DNA of 64,000 bases from Lama guanicoe (GCA_013239625.1 MU053365.1:907566-971565), one strand, 5' to 3'; positions 12,860-25,867 are shown, counted from the stretch's first letter. The notes: a model not told the origin generated them from the letters alone. Numbers and translations are program-made.

Positions 12860-13400
12860 CATCAGACCAGATGGGGTCACCTGGGAGGTGGACATAGCTA
12901 GAAAAGAGAAGGCCACGGACTAATCCTCAGGGCACTGCAGGGTTTAGGGGTTAGGAAGAGGAGGGGGAAGCAGCAACAACGACTGAGAAGTTAGTGTTTG
13001 GTGAGGTAAGAGTAAAACCCAAAGAGTGTGGTGTCCTGAATGCCAAGTGCAGAACATGTTTGAAGAAGGAAACAGTGGCCAAGGGTGCCAAACTCTGTTC
13101 CTTGATGAAGACTGAGCAAGGACCACTGGATCTGACACCAAGGGAGCCACTAGTAGTCCTGACAAGAGTAGTTTTGGGGGAGGAAAGCCTGACTGCAGGG
13201 GGTTCAGAGGAGAATGGGAGGAGCAGAAGTGGGTTCTTTACCAAGTATAGACAACTCTCTGGGTGAGTTTTGCTGTAAAGGGAAGCAGAGCCATGGGGGC
13301 AGTAGCTGGAGGAGGCTGTAAGGTCAAGGGAGGGTTTTAATGATGAGAGAGATTATAGCATGTTCCCATGCGATAGGAAAGATGCAGGAGTAGGGGAAGA
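12860..13400 (-). mobile_element. L2 LINE fragment
   Basis: GA-rich antisense L2: gtggtgtcctgaatgccaagtg ... gatgaagactgag ... tatagacaactct ... gagttttgctgtaaaggg. Confidence 0.75.
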
Positions 13401-13734
13401 ACTGATGAGGAATGAGGTTACGGCCAGTGCGGCTTATCTGATTTGCTCTCACGGGGTGAGGTCTGACACCATAAATCTCCTTGAAAGCTGGGCCATTGGA
13501 ATGACCAGCTGGAAAGGCTTGAGTCATGGATACAGTGGCCCTAGAAGAGGCCACCAGGCAGTTTTGTTCAACACTCTCCTGAACAACCTCTGTCCCTACA
13601 AACGTTTCACTGGACTGCGGGAGTCACACTAATTATAGTCATTTACAGAAACCGCTTAATATTTTGACACAATTACCACACAAATCATTTCTTATTTTAA
13701 ATTTGTTGCAAGTCTCATTTGATTATAATACTAA

Positions 13735-15140
13735 TTTTTTTTAATTGAAGTATAGTCGATTTACAATGCTGTGTTAGCTTCTGGTGCACAGCATAGTGAT
13801 TCAGTTATACATATATATACATTCCTTTTCATATTCTTTTTCATTATAGGCCATTACAAGGTATTGAATATAGTCCCCTGTGCTATACAGTAGGACCTTG
13901 TTGTTTACCTATTTTATATATAGTAGTGTGTATCTGCAAATCCCAAACTCCCAATTTATCCTTCCCCCATCCCCTTACCCTCCTGGTAAGCATAAGTTTG
14001 TTTTTTATGTCTGTGAGTCTGTTTTATTTTGTAAGTAAGTTCTTTTTTTTTTAGATTCCACATGAAAGTGATATCATATGACATTGTCTTTCTCTGTCTG
14101 GCGTACTTCAGTTAGTATGATAATCTCTAGGTCCATCGGTGTTGCTGCAAATGGCATTATTTCATTCTTTTTTATGCCTGAGTAGTATTCTATTGTATAC
14201 ATATACTACAACTTCTTTATCCAGTCCTCTGTCGATAAGACATTTAGGTTGCTTCCATGCCTTGGCTATTGTAAATAGTGCTGCCATGAATACTGGGGTG
14301 CAGGTGTCTTTTCAAATTTAAAGTTTTCTCCAGATATTTTCTGAATGGGATTGCTGGATCATACGGTAACTCTATTTTTAGTTTTTAAAGGAAACTCCAT
14401 ACTGTTCTCCATGACAGCTACACCAACTTATTATATTCCCACCAACAGTGTAGGAGGGTTCCCTTTTCTCCACACATTCTTGAGCATTTACTGTTTGTGG
14501 ACTTTTGAATGATGGCCATCCTGACCAGTGTGAGGTGATACCTCATTGTAGTTTTGATTTGCATTTCTCTGATAGTGATGTTGAGCATCTTTTCATGTGC
14601 CTATTGGCCATCTGTATGTCTTCACTGGAGAAATGTCTATTCAAACGTTCTGTTCATTTTTTGACTGGGTTGTTTATTTTCTTGTTATTGAGCTGTATGA
14701 GCTGTTTGTATATTCTGGAAATAAAGCCCTTGTCAGTTGTTTCATTTGCAAATATTTTCTCCCTTTCCATAGGTTGTCTTTTTGTTTTGTTTATAGTTTC
14801 CTTTGCTGTGCAAAAGCTTATAAGTTTAATTAGACCCCATTTGTTTATTTTTGCTTTTATTTCCTTATTGCTTTGGGAGACTGACCTAGGAGAACATTGC
14901 TATGACTCATGTCAGAGAATGTTTTGCCTATCTTTTCTTCTAGGAGATTTATAGTGTCCTATAAAGGCATTTTGAGTTGATTTTTGTGTATGGTGTGAGG
15001 GAATGTTCTAACTTCATTGATTTACAGGTGGCTGTCCAGTTTTCCCAGCACCACTTGCTGAAGAGATTGTCTTTTCTTCATTGTATGTTCTTGCCTCCTC
15101 TGTTGTAGATTAATTGATCGTAAGTGTGTGGGTTTATTTA
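13735..15140 (-). mobile_element. 5'-truncated L1 of artiodactyl/camelid type (ORF2 3' part plus 3' UTR)
   Basis: Poly-T then aattgaagtatagtcgatttacaatg, followed by antisense ORF2 sequence (ttcccaccaacagtgtaggagggttccc; gatgttgagcatcttttcatgtgcc; ttcccagcaccacttgctgaagag). Confidence 0.95.
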
Positions 15141-16449
15141 ATTTTTTTTTGTATGTTCAATTTGGATAGGTTCATGTAATGGGGCTACCTGCTCCCAACT
15201 CAAGAGAATTAGAGACCTTATGAAAATATTGACCCAGTCAGCTTGAACCATGAAGACAGCAATGACTAGTTCTGTAGGCTCACATACAAATAGGTTTCAA
15301 TTTAAGTAAACTCAATACACAAAAACCCAGGCTTATAAAATCAGTGGTGATATTCACATTACACAAAGACATTTCACTTTACAACAACTTGATTTGCAAC
15401 AGTGACCACGTTACGTTAACTCAAAGCTTCATTATATATGTATATGTTTGTCATTTACTCCATGTGTGTAATTGACTCGCTGGTTTTTCAGAAGCACAGC
15501 TATTACATAAATGGGGGCATACCAGCAGCAGCCTCCGGCTCTTGCTGGGAATGAACTGGGAAGCTTAAGAGCACCATTTGGATTTCAGATTATTCTGAGG
15601 CAGTCCTGTCACAATTCCAGTCTTTTCCTGGAGATTTGCCATTGATGCCAAGAACAGCTTCTTTTATGAGAGCTAGGAACCCTGGCAAGGTGTGAATGCT
15701 AGCACCGTAACTCATGCCTTGTAGCTGGTTCTTGGGAGTTCCGTAGCCTAAGTGCCATCCACACAACTGGGTGAGAATCAATTCATAGCAGTTCAGAGAC
15801 GGAAGAAACTTATTATGATTCTGTGTTCCATTCCAAAATGTTATTTTAAAGACATATTTATATTGTTAATGAGGACAGGAGCTGTATCAATCTTGTGCAC
15901 TGAATTATCATATAATGAAGCCATTGCTCAGAATTCTGATTAATCCAACAGGTCAGTCAATTCCTCCTGCCCGCTTGATAATGATAAATAGCCAGTGAAG
16001 TGCTCCGTCTGGTAGTGGCCTTCCTCATTTATAGCGTCTTACACAATCAAAGGGGAAATCCCTTGTCTTATATGTGAACACAATACTCAAATTACGTGGT
16101 CAGCCCAAGCCCTTCTGTCCATACCTCCCAGCCTAAGGTTCTTCCTCCTGCCTGCCAGTTCAGGACTCAAGTGCTGAGCAGACCCGCTCGACCTCCCTTC
16201 AAGACAGGCCTCTTCTGGGAAATCTTCTTGGATTAATCCCCTCAGAATCCTCCCCCTCCTTAAACCCTCCCTTCTCAGTTCTTATGTATTTAGATTGGAC
16301 TGCATTATTCTGCACTTAGCACACTGCTTCGTCAAGTCAAAAGAGAGATGGAAAAAAAGAGTATATAAAGGTGGGCCTGGGACACAGGAAGGAACCCAAA
16401 TCACTGTCACTGCCGGAAGCTCAAAGCTTTGTGAACAATTCTTTCACCT

Positions 16450-16620
16450 CAGTGGTTCTTAACCTTTGGGGATCAAGGGCTCTCTCTGACTCTGATGAAA
16501 GCTGGAGCTCGTCTCCTTAGAAATATGTTCATATGCACATACATGCAAAAGGTTGCCCCTGACTTCAGGGAGTTTATGAACCCCACATGGTGCACCCATA
16601 GGCCCCAGGTCAAAAGTCAC
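16450..16620. mobile_element. MER117-like hAT MITE
   Basis: cagtggttcttaaccttt ... tctgatgaaagc ... atgcacatacatgcaaaa ... ttcagggagtttatgaacccc ... ccccaggtcaa. Confidence 0.7.
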
Positions 16621-17589
16621 CAGTAATCACCCCTCATCATGAAATCCAGTCACACCATCTGCGATTCATGTGACGCTTCCTTGAGAATAATTTTATTAAA
16701 ACATCTGACATATAGTTGGTTGATTTCCTCAGTTCTGCCTGGACCTCCCTCTGCTCGCCCCTCTTTTCAGGAGGGCTTACTCCCTAGGTGTCCGCAGGCC
16801 TCTCTATCAGTGGCTAGCCATCCTCTCCGCCTTTGTGAAACCCACAGAAGTTCCAAAGTCTCTCTCAAGAAACACACACTTAAACACACACCCCCTCAGT
16901 CTGGCCCCTGAGCTTCAGCACACTCACATGCCACCTGAAGTTCATCCACAGACCCAAGATGAAGAATCTCTGGCTTAGAGGGAGCCACGTCTCCCTGTAC
17001 TAAGTGGATTTAGGCATTTTGGTATTTTAACCTGGGATATAATTTTACTCCAGTAATTCATACAAACAATCTTTGCGTTTCCAAACAGCTGTATAATCCA
17101 GTTTCAAATCGTCCTGGCTTCTTAGTTCATTACAGAAACCCTGATCTAGCCCCCAATGCCAAAAATGCAGGTGACTCACACAAGTTCTGCAGAGCCCAGT
17201 CAGGTCTCCTAGGCCCTGCCACGGCCCTGTGGGGCACTGTGAGTGAGCCATTAGGCAGGCCTTGGCCCACCGTGCTCAACTGGGGACTAAATCAACTTGT
17301 TTCATTACCCTATTAAACCCCAAGTCTTTTATTTTGGTGCTATTTACAAGATAATGAGATCCAGCAAAGCCTAGTCATGAAAAAGATCTATTGCCTGTAA
17401 TGAATTCTAATTTTGCAAGCAGCTCCATCTCACATCAATAGCTAAACATAATATTACTGATTTGCCTTTACCTTGTTTGTCTGTAAATTTGATGCATTTC
17501 TACTCTTGACAATAAATATTCATAAACTAAGCTAAATGGGTTTTAGAAATGCAGCCCCTTCACGTGTGAAGTGGAATGCTGAAATTGAA

Positions 17590-17810
17590 AGAATATGAGC
17601 TCTGGAGTCAAGAGGAAAGTGTCTGAGTCACTGCACTGCCATTTCCTAGCTGTACCTTGCATTAAATCCTTGAAGCTTTCTGAACCTCAGTTTCACGATC
17701 TGTACAATGGGGTTAATAAGGGACCCTTTCAAGATTGTTCTGAAGATTCAAATGACGTGTTGGCTTCTAAAACGGTTCTATAGGTTTCAAATGCTATGAA
17801 TTTGTAATCA
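17590..17810 (+). mobile_element. MIR SINE
   Basis: gagctctggagtcaa ... tctgaacctcagtttcacgatctgtacaatgggg ... ttgttctgaagattcaaatga. Confidence 0.75.
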
Positions 17811-19784
17811 CTGTTTTCTGTTTTGTATATAGATGATTTTTGAAAGAACAAATGACAAATGTGGATGAAAAGGACTAAAGATGTTGAGTACCACTCTATA
17901 CAAATACTAACGGGAACTCATGCAGATTCCTTACTTATTATTGATATTAACTTTAAGCATAAAAACATAGCATTTCGTAGATTTTGTAGAGACTAGGTAA
18001 CGTCCACTTCTGCCATCCTTGATACTCTCTTTAAAATCAGTATGGGTTCGACATGGAGGAAAAGCCACAGGCTGAGAGGTGGGGCTTCACTTGTAACTTC
18101 AGCTATGGCAGTGATGCGCCACGTCACTGAGCCACTCTGTGGTTCCGTTTCCTCCTCAGCCAGTGAAGCTAATACCACCTGCTCAATTTATCCAATGAGA
18201 TTAAATGGACTTTAAAAATCCGAGGGAAAAGAAAACAATCTTGAGGCACAGCAGCAGGGTGGAGGGAGAAGAAAGTCAAGGATGAGGAGGAGGAAGACGG
18301 AAGTAAGGAGAAAGCAGATAAGGTTCTTGTTCGCCCTCGCGAGAGCTGCCGGCAGAGAGGAGGCCACAGAAGCAGAGGGGACCTGAAAGCCTTTCCACGG
18401 TGGGGGAGGCGGCGAGTGGGGCCAGACCTCCCAGGGAAGATTTGGTTCGCGGATCTGCTTCAAAAGCACCGCCGCGATCCTGTGCTGCGGACCCCGATTA
18501 GTAATCCAATTGGCACGAACCCTAGAGACGTATTTGTCATAATTAAATTCCCAGAAAGTATAGGAGTTTGATAGAAGCTTCAGATCAGCAGAAACAATTG
18601 GATTTATTTTGGGGTGTGCAGTAGGAGAAAAGGCAGCAGGAACTGTTTAAGAGGGATTCTATGGGGGTCGGTTCAGGTAAGGTCTTTGTTTTCTTGAGAA
18701 GTCAAATCATAGATGCCAGAAGGGTTTCAACCTGGAGCAGAAAAGGCTGTGATGTAGGAAGACAGTCAGGTTCGGGTTTGAGGTCTGGGCTGTCGAATCT
18801 AATGTGGGAAGGAGAGTTTTGTTCAGTTCAGTTCAAGGGCATTTTTGCCTTGGCACTTCCTGTGCCCCAGGCCTTGGACTGGATGTCAGTGATGCAACTT
18901 TTCAGCTATTTGACAAACATTAACTGCGCATCCACTAGATGCCAGAGTGTACAGTCTAGAATGTCCTAAACATTGTACCTGAAACATGTCTAGTCCCCCA
19001 GAGCCCCTCTGGATCGGGCACTCTTCTTACTCCCATTTAACACACATGAGCAAAGTGTAGAGTCCAGGAGCCATGTCCCTGTGTGACTGACACCCAGCAC
19101 TGGGCTCTTCCCTGCACCGGGCTGTCTACCTCGGGATGTGGACACAGGGAGAGCCTTGGACAGGTCTGGGAATGGAAGGCTCAATCTTGCTTCCTTCAGA
19201 AGAGAGGGTTTGTCAGCCTCCATAGAGGCAGTGGCAGGGTGGAGGTGGGGCACGTTGGGGCTGCCAAGAAACCAGTGAAGAATGAGATGAAAGAGATGAG
19301 CCAATAGACGTGGGCCCAGTTTGTGAAGGAAGAGGCAAAAATAAAAAGGCAGAAGGAAGAGTAGCAGGTAAGGGGAGGCAGTAGAAGAGGGAAGAAAGAT
19401 GAGGCTAGGTCAAAAGAAATCTGGAAGCACTAATTAAAATAACACCATCGGGGAGAAAGCGCATCACAGAACAGGTAATACAAATAATCTAAGAACACAG
19501 GAAGCTCAAGACAGAGCCTGTGGTGCTCTGAGAGCAAAGAAACAGGATGTAATTTTAGTGTAAGAAACAAGGCTGAATACAAAGAAGGACATGCATTATG
19601 CATGAAAGGACATGGCTTCCAGGATCCTCACCGTGGTCAACAGGGGGAGGAAGTCTGCCCAGCTCATACCATGTGGGGTATCTGAGGCCTGAGCTGGACA
19701 CGTATGCAGAGAGAAAGGTGCAAAACTTACCCTCCATCTCCAGATGTGTAGACAATGCATAACATTCCTCATTGCTATAATGAA

Positions 19785-19974
19785 GTAGTTCTTGACTGGG
19801 AGCAATTTTGCCCCCCAGGGACAGACTGTCATGACTAGGGTGGGGAGGGTGCAACTGGCATCTAGTGAGTAGAGGGCATGGATGCTGCTAAACATCTTAC
19901 AGTGCCCAGGAGAACCCCTGCAACAAAGGGTTATCCAACCAAAAGTCTCAGTGGTGCCCAGGGCAAGAAACTCG
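19785..19974. mobile_element. MER20 hAT element, internally deleted
   Basis: caattttgccccccagggaca ... actggcatctagtgagtagagggcatggatgctgctaaacatcttacagtgc ... gttatccaaccaaaa. Confidence 0.85.
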
Positions 19975-21004
19975 TAAGTGTTCTCATCTCCATCTGAGGT
20001 CCCTGTTCTCATGGATGGTGGTGGTGAAGGGTACCTTAAAAGCGCCTAATTAATGGAAACTCAGTTCTCTGTCCATCAGAAAGAGTCTTTTCTGGGTTAA
20101 CTTAGTACCTCTGGGTAAATGCTCAGTGTTCCAGGGTTTCTCAGCCCACCCCTACTTCCATCTCCCCAAGATGGCAACAGAGGTTGATATGGGGGTCCCT
20201 GTGTGCCACCTCACTGGCCTCTACAGTACTGCCCCAGATACCCTCACACCATCACTGAGCTTCCCTAACCTTCCTGGCATCCACTGATGAGGTCCAGAGC
20301 TTGTGAAATATAGAGTCCTTTCTCTCAGCCCCGTCCAGGCCCAGCATTGCATTCCACCTTGCTGGCGCGGCTCTGCCTCAGCCTGTCACTGTCCTTCAGG
20401 TCCTCTGAGTCTCAGCGCATCCTCCATCCAGCCCCTGGATGAAGCTATCCACCTTCAGCCTCTGCCATGGGGCCACCTTATCCTTTACCACAGTGGCCCC
20501 ATGGCAGGTCTGTTGGCTCTCAACACTCAGCTACCTTCTGTGTCCTCCACTGGGAGCATGTGGAAACATCTGGATCCCAGGTAAGTGTTCTTGCATTTCT
20601 CCTCTATTATGATTGCCCCATAATGAGGAACTCTCTGAAAGGTGGTCTCCCAGAGTCCCAAGGAGCAAAGATGGCTTAAATCCAGTGTATTGTCAATTCC
20701 TCCTAAAACCTGGTTGGAACACTTTTGTCAAACCTCCACTCCTCAGCAGGTTCCACTCTCATTAATAAGGAGTGGGTGGGAGAGGCGGCATACTGCTATC
20801 TGGCTTCTTCCTCATATTTCTCTCTTTCATTTCTCTCCCTGCCACCTCTCAGTATGCTCCACTTTTGTTCCTAAATAGTAGACCCTTCGCTTGCATCATA
20901 GATCATATTTTGGGTTTTCCCAGTCGATGACTTATATAGTAAAGCTCTAAAGTCCTAGTTAACCAGGCTTGCCCTTTCCTTCCTTTCCTGCCTCCCTTCC
21001 TTCA

Positions 21005-21715
21005 CAGCTTTGCTGAGATATAATTCACTTACTATAAAATTCACCCTTTTAAAGTGTACAATTCAGTGGTTTTTAGTGTATTCACAAAGTTATGCAACCA
21101 TGACCACTACCTTACTGTAGAACAATTTCATCACTCCAAAAGTAGCCCCAAATCCATTAGCAGTCCCGATTCCCCTCCCCCGACAACCCCTGCTGACCAT
21201 TATTCTACTTTCTGTGTTTATGGATTTTCCTACTCTGGGCATTTCTATAAATGGAATCATACAATATGTGGCCCTTAGTGACTAGCTTCTTTCACTTAAC
21301 ACAGTGCTTTCAAGGATCAACCATGCTATAGCCTGTACCAGATTCCATTCTCTTTTATGGCTGAATAATATTCCACTGTACGGACAGACCACATACTGCT
21401 AATCCATTCATCAGCTGATAGACACGTAGATTGTTTCCATATTTTGGCTGTTATAAATAATGCTTCTATGAACATTCATATCCAGACATTTTTTTGAACA
21501 TAGGTTTTCCTTTCTCTTGGATATATATCAAGCAGTTGAATTGCTGGGTCATAGAAAACTCTATGTTTAACTTTTTGAGGAACTGTGACACTGCTTTTCA
21601 AAGTAGTGGTACCATTTTACATTCCCACCAGCAATGCAGTTGTAGCCCTGCATCCTTGTCAGCACTTGGAGTATCAGTTTTTCACTCTAGCCATCAGTGT
21701 GAATGTAACAGTTTG
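21005..21715 (-). mobile_element. L1MB-type 3' fragment
   Basis: cagctttgctgagatataattcac ... taaagtgtacaattcagtggtttttagt ... ttacattcccaccagcaatg. Confidence 0.9.
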
Positions 21716-22564
21716 GCCTTTTGATATAGAAAAGAAATTTTGGAAATTTAGAGATTCCTGACTCTAAAGGCCATTGTCTCCATGAGGACTTAAACACTTC
21801 TAACTAGATGATTAAAACCTAATAATGACTTAAAGCACTGCAGTCTACTGATTTAATGGCAGAGGGTGATGGAGGAAGTGACAGGGCATTTTGATTTAAG
21901 AAGAATGAAAGATGTTTTGTTTGGGTCCCTGATACACACACACATAGATGTGAGAGTGGAAAAGAGCACCATTGGGAATGGGTATGACCATATGACCCCT
22001 AAAATTCAGAGGAAAGAGAAACTATATCAAAGGTTATTTCTTGGAGGGTGATGGTGGCAGGCAATATCAACTGCATCAATGGAAAAAGGATGACAGTGTT
22101 GAAAGCAGCCAAAACATGCCAAATATTTAGAATTGGCAAAGAAGAATCCTGAAATGAAGACTACTTACAAATATCCTTTGGGAAAAAAAAGTTACAGAAA
22201 AGAAGTAAGATAGCAGAATTGCTAGGAAGTAAGTGCTTTAGAATAGGTGCTGTGTGGTCAAAAGGGAAAAGTACTGACTTTTCTGATTATACTTTGGTAA
22301 CAACTGAAATTAATGCATCAAAAGACAGAACACTTGACATGGATATAGAGAGGATATGTACATGCCTGTTAGAACAGAACAAAATTTAAATTCTGCTGAT
22401 AGACAAGATCAAGGAATGCAAAGCTTCTCCGCTGTCTAAGATGCTAGGGAGCACAGCACCTGCTCTGAGAAGACAAAGTTGACTCAAGATACGTGCCTCC
22501 AAGAGACCGTCTCAAGGATAAAATCTAAGAAACTCTATTATGGGGGAACCGACCTATCTCAGGA

Positions 22565-22800
22565 GAGCTGCAGCCTGGTGTGGTGAAAAGACAAAAGGCT
22601 TGGACGCAGGCACAGCTTTCAAGTCTGGCTTTATAAATTAGGCAAGGAGTTCATCCTGCCCAGGCCTCAGAAGGCTCATCTGTGAAGTGGGGTGAATAAT
22701 AATATTTACCCAGAGGTTAATTGGTTGGTTGACTGTTGGGTAATTAAATGACACAGCATCTGTAAAGTAACTGGGCATACGGTAGGCACTTATTATATGA
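22565..22800 (+). mobile_element. MIR SINE
   Basis: ggcctcagaaggctcatctgtgaagtggggtgaataataat ... ctgggcatacggtaggcactta. Confidence 0.7.
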
Positions 22801-23129
22801 CAGTATATCGGTAATACTATTGGGTACAACAACAGCGTTTAAAAGAGAGATGAGGGATGTTAGAAACTGGATGCCCCTGGCATTCTTGAATGTGAACTAC
22901 GTTAAATTAGCAGCAAACTCATACCCAAGATAGGCAAGGCTATCTAGCGGACTTATCCAGAGATAACTGGTAGACTTGGACTTGCGCTATGGCAGAAAAT
23001 GCCCACTGAGGGAAGTTAGAAAGGATATTTATTATGGGTGAATGAGGGAAAATTCATCCAATCCTCAACAAATCTTGAATTTCTCTCCAAGCTGTGGTGT
23101 GTCAGGGTATCCAGCAGGACCCCTGGGAT

Positions 23130-23410
23130 CCCATGCGGTCACTTCTCAGTGATGCTTTCCCTGACCTTCCTGTTTAATGTGGCCCCCCGGCTCTCCTTAC
23201 CACCCATTCCCGCTTGTGTCATGTCCTGCACTGCGCTCTGCGCTCTGCACTGTCTCACAGTCTGTTAACGCCAGCTTCACCAGGGCAGGGTCTGTACTTC
23301 TGTCGTTCACTGCTCTATACTCAGTGCCCAGAACCGCACCTGGCACATAGTAGGCACTTAAAATATCTCATGAGAGACTAAATGATTTAGTTAATGAATA
23401 CATAAATGAT
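23130..23410 (+). mobile_element. L2 3' end
   Basis: gttcactgctctatactcagtgcccagaaccgcacctggcacatagtaggcacttaaaatat. Confidence 0.8.
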
Positions 23411-23826
23411 TTATTCAATATCAATGCGATTACATGCCCAAGATCAACGGGCAGAAAAGTTAGAATAAACGGGGTGGGAAGAGAAATGAAAGTGAAGCAG
23501 GGAGTGAGGCAGAGCCTCCCACAGCACCCCTTCCTTTGTGCGTTCCCTGTGGACCCGCTAATATGGTCTACAGATCAGTGGAGATAAAAATAAAAAAGAA
23601 CACTTAATAACAGTTGCACGAGACCCCACCATGAAGTCTGGTCCTGGTCCAAGGTCGCTCTTTGATTTGATCTCAGAGGATGCATGGGTGGACTTGGCGG
23701 CTCAGGCCACCCCTGCATGTCTCGGAGGCATGTGTCAAGTTCTGCAGCATGGGAAGCTCACACAGAGATGTCCACCCAGGGCACAGGTGTTGGGAATTTC
23801 TGGTTTGGTGTCTTTTCCACCCTTAG

Positions 23827-24190
23827 TGTTATGGACTCAACGTCTGTGTCCCTGTCACATTCACATGTTGAAGCCCTACCCACCCCCCCAGTGTGGTGGT
23901 GTTTAGAGATGGTACCTGTGGGAGGTGATGCAGGTTAGATGAGGTCATGAGGCTGGAGCTCCCATGATGGGATTAGAGTCAGACACCAGCGAGCCTGCCC
24001 TACCCCTCTCCGTGCACTCAGAGGGAAGGCCGTGTGTGCATACAACACGAGGTGCCCATCTGCAAGCCAGAGAGTCCTCGCTAGAATCCAGCCATGCTGG
24101 CACCCTGAGCCCAGACTTCTAGCATCCAGAATGATGAGAAAATACCTAGTCTGTGGTATTGTGTTATGGCAGCTTGAGCTGACTGAGACA
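23827..24190 (+). mobile_element. MLT1A-type MaLR solo LTR
   Basis: About 365 bp with TG...CA ends: tgttatggactcaacgtctgtgtccc ... ggttagatgaggtcatgagg ... atgatgggattag ... tggtattgtgttatggcagcttgagctgactgagaca. Confidence 0.9.
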
Positions 24191-24585
24191 GTATTCAGCA
24201 CCCAGGGACAACTTACACCCTACACAGTGTACATCTGGGCCCAATGTTTGCTTTTTAAAAAACTTGAAATTCTTGCTTTGCTGAATCTCATGGGGTAATC
24301 TCCGCTTTTTTGCACTTGTACTAGGAGTTTTCTATTTTGGTCCACGTCGCTGCCTCCTGTGGCCCACCACACCAGTCACAGCTGAGCGAGCTCATGTGTT
24401 ACATCATTTCCGCAGGAGCAGCAGAAGAAAGGCAGCACGGATTCAAAACATCAGCAAGAGTAGGCTTAAGAAGCAGGAGCCAAAATTAGTGGGACAAAGA
24501 GTAAGCTATGAACACGGGGCTCAAATGGAAAAGTACCAGCATGAATGCACAGGTGAAAGGCGGGCTCGTCCGAATCCTTCACAAT

Positions 24586-24767
24586 GAGACAAACTTATGG
24601 TCACAGTGGGGCAGGGAAGGTGGGAGGAGGGATAAATTGGGAGTTTGGGATTAGCAGACAGAAACCACTATATACAGAATAGATAAACAACAAGGTCCCA
24701 CTGTATAGTTCAGGGAACTATATTCAACATCTTGTAATAACCTACACTGAAAAAGAATATGAAAAAA

Positions 24768-24806
<39 letters not shown>

Positions 24807-24879
24807 ACTGAATCACTATGCTGTACACAAGAAATGAAGACAACATTGTAAATTGACTTTACTTCAATTAAAAAAAAAA
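24586..24879 (+). mobile_element. 5'-truncated L1 3' UTR with internal (TA)n and degenerate TSD
   Basis: acaaacttatggt ... gggataaattgggagtttgggattagcaga ... cttcaattaaaaaaaaaa. Flanked by gaatccttcacaat (24572-24585) and gaaaacttcacaat (24880-24893). Confidence 0.9.
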
Positions 24880-25789
24880 GAAAACTTCACAATTGTTTGT
24901 AGGGAAATATGATGCTAAAAGAAATTGGTGCATGGGAATAAAAGCATCAGAAAAGGAAGGGATGGCTCGAGGATTTGGGAGTTTGTCATGAAGAAATCGT
25001 AAGACTGATGAGGAACATTCTGACACCAGTTTCCTGTTCATTGCATGTCTCCCTTCAGAATGTGCAGGCCTGCCAGAGGGGACCACTGGCATGGCACCTG
25101 GATTTCCAGCCAGAAGGCAGCTGGCCAACAGAGAAGGAAGAGCTCAGCATTATGCACACAGGACTACCTGACAGCTTCCTGTTTTTGCGCTTCAATGCTA
25201 AGAAGGCAGAAGAAAGGAGTTGGGGACTAGCTCCCACCCACTGGTCCATCTAGCGACACAGGCTCAGACTGTGCCCCAAATGGAAGAGCCCTTCAGCCAA
25301 GAGCCTGTGAGAAAAAAACTAAGAAACAAGTTAATGGCCATAAAGAGAGTTTATGTGGTCCTATTCAAACAGAGGGAAGCGATTCAGACCAAGAACAAAG
25401 AATTCTAATCTGGAGGATGAAGAAATGACGGGCACTGGAATGGCGGACCCACAGTCTAGAAATCACCTACTGCTCGGAGCAAGAAAGCAGTGAGTGCCGG
25501 GCAGCACCACCTCAGTGCAGGGCTGGTGACTGCTATCCACAGGCTGCTTACTGAATTTACACGCGGAAAATACCAAAGCATAGAAATGTTTAATATGCAG
25601 ATACATTTTATAATAATAATGGATAATAATCATAAGGATAAAATAACATATACAAAACTGAGGATGTTTCCAGAAACTCACAAATGCAAGGTTGTGGAGA
25701 TGTTGTACTAGTAATGTCTCAATTATGTGGTGTGTTTATGGAATCAATGAATAAATATTCATGAGGTTATTCTACGTAAGTGAGGAATC

Positions 25790-25791
25790 GA

Positions 25792-25867
<76 letters not shown>

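Noticed and set aside
14505..14954. 149-aa hydrophobic ORF; similar ORFs at 30710-31000 and 32848-33366
   Set aside because: These are antisense readings of L1 ORF2, a well-known source of spurious ORFs.
20284..20320. Hammerhead-ribozyme-like CTGATGA...GAAA; other CTGATGAG strings occur near 13402, 25005, 26042 and 32532
   Set aside because: No paired stem II with a G-C closing pair and no convincing stems I and III; the other sites lack a properly placed GAAA.
24194..24214. REST/RE1-like TTCAGCACC-cag-GGACAAC
   Set aside because: The spacer is 3 nt instead of the canonical 2, and the right half-site is degenerate.
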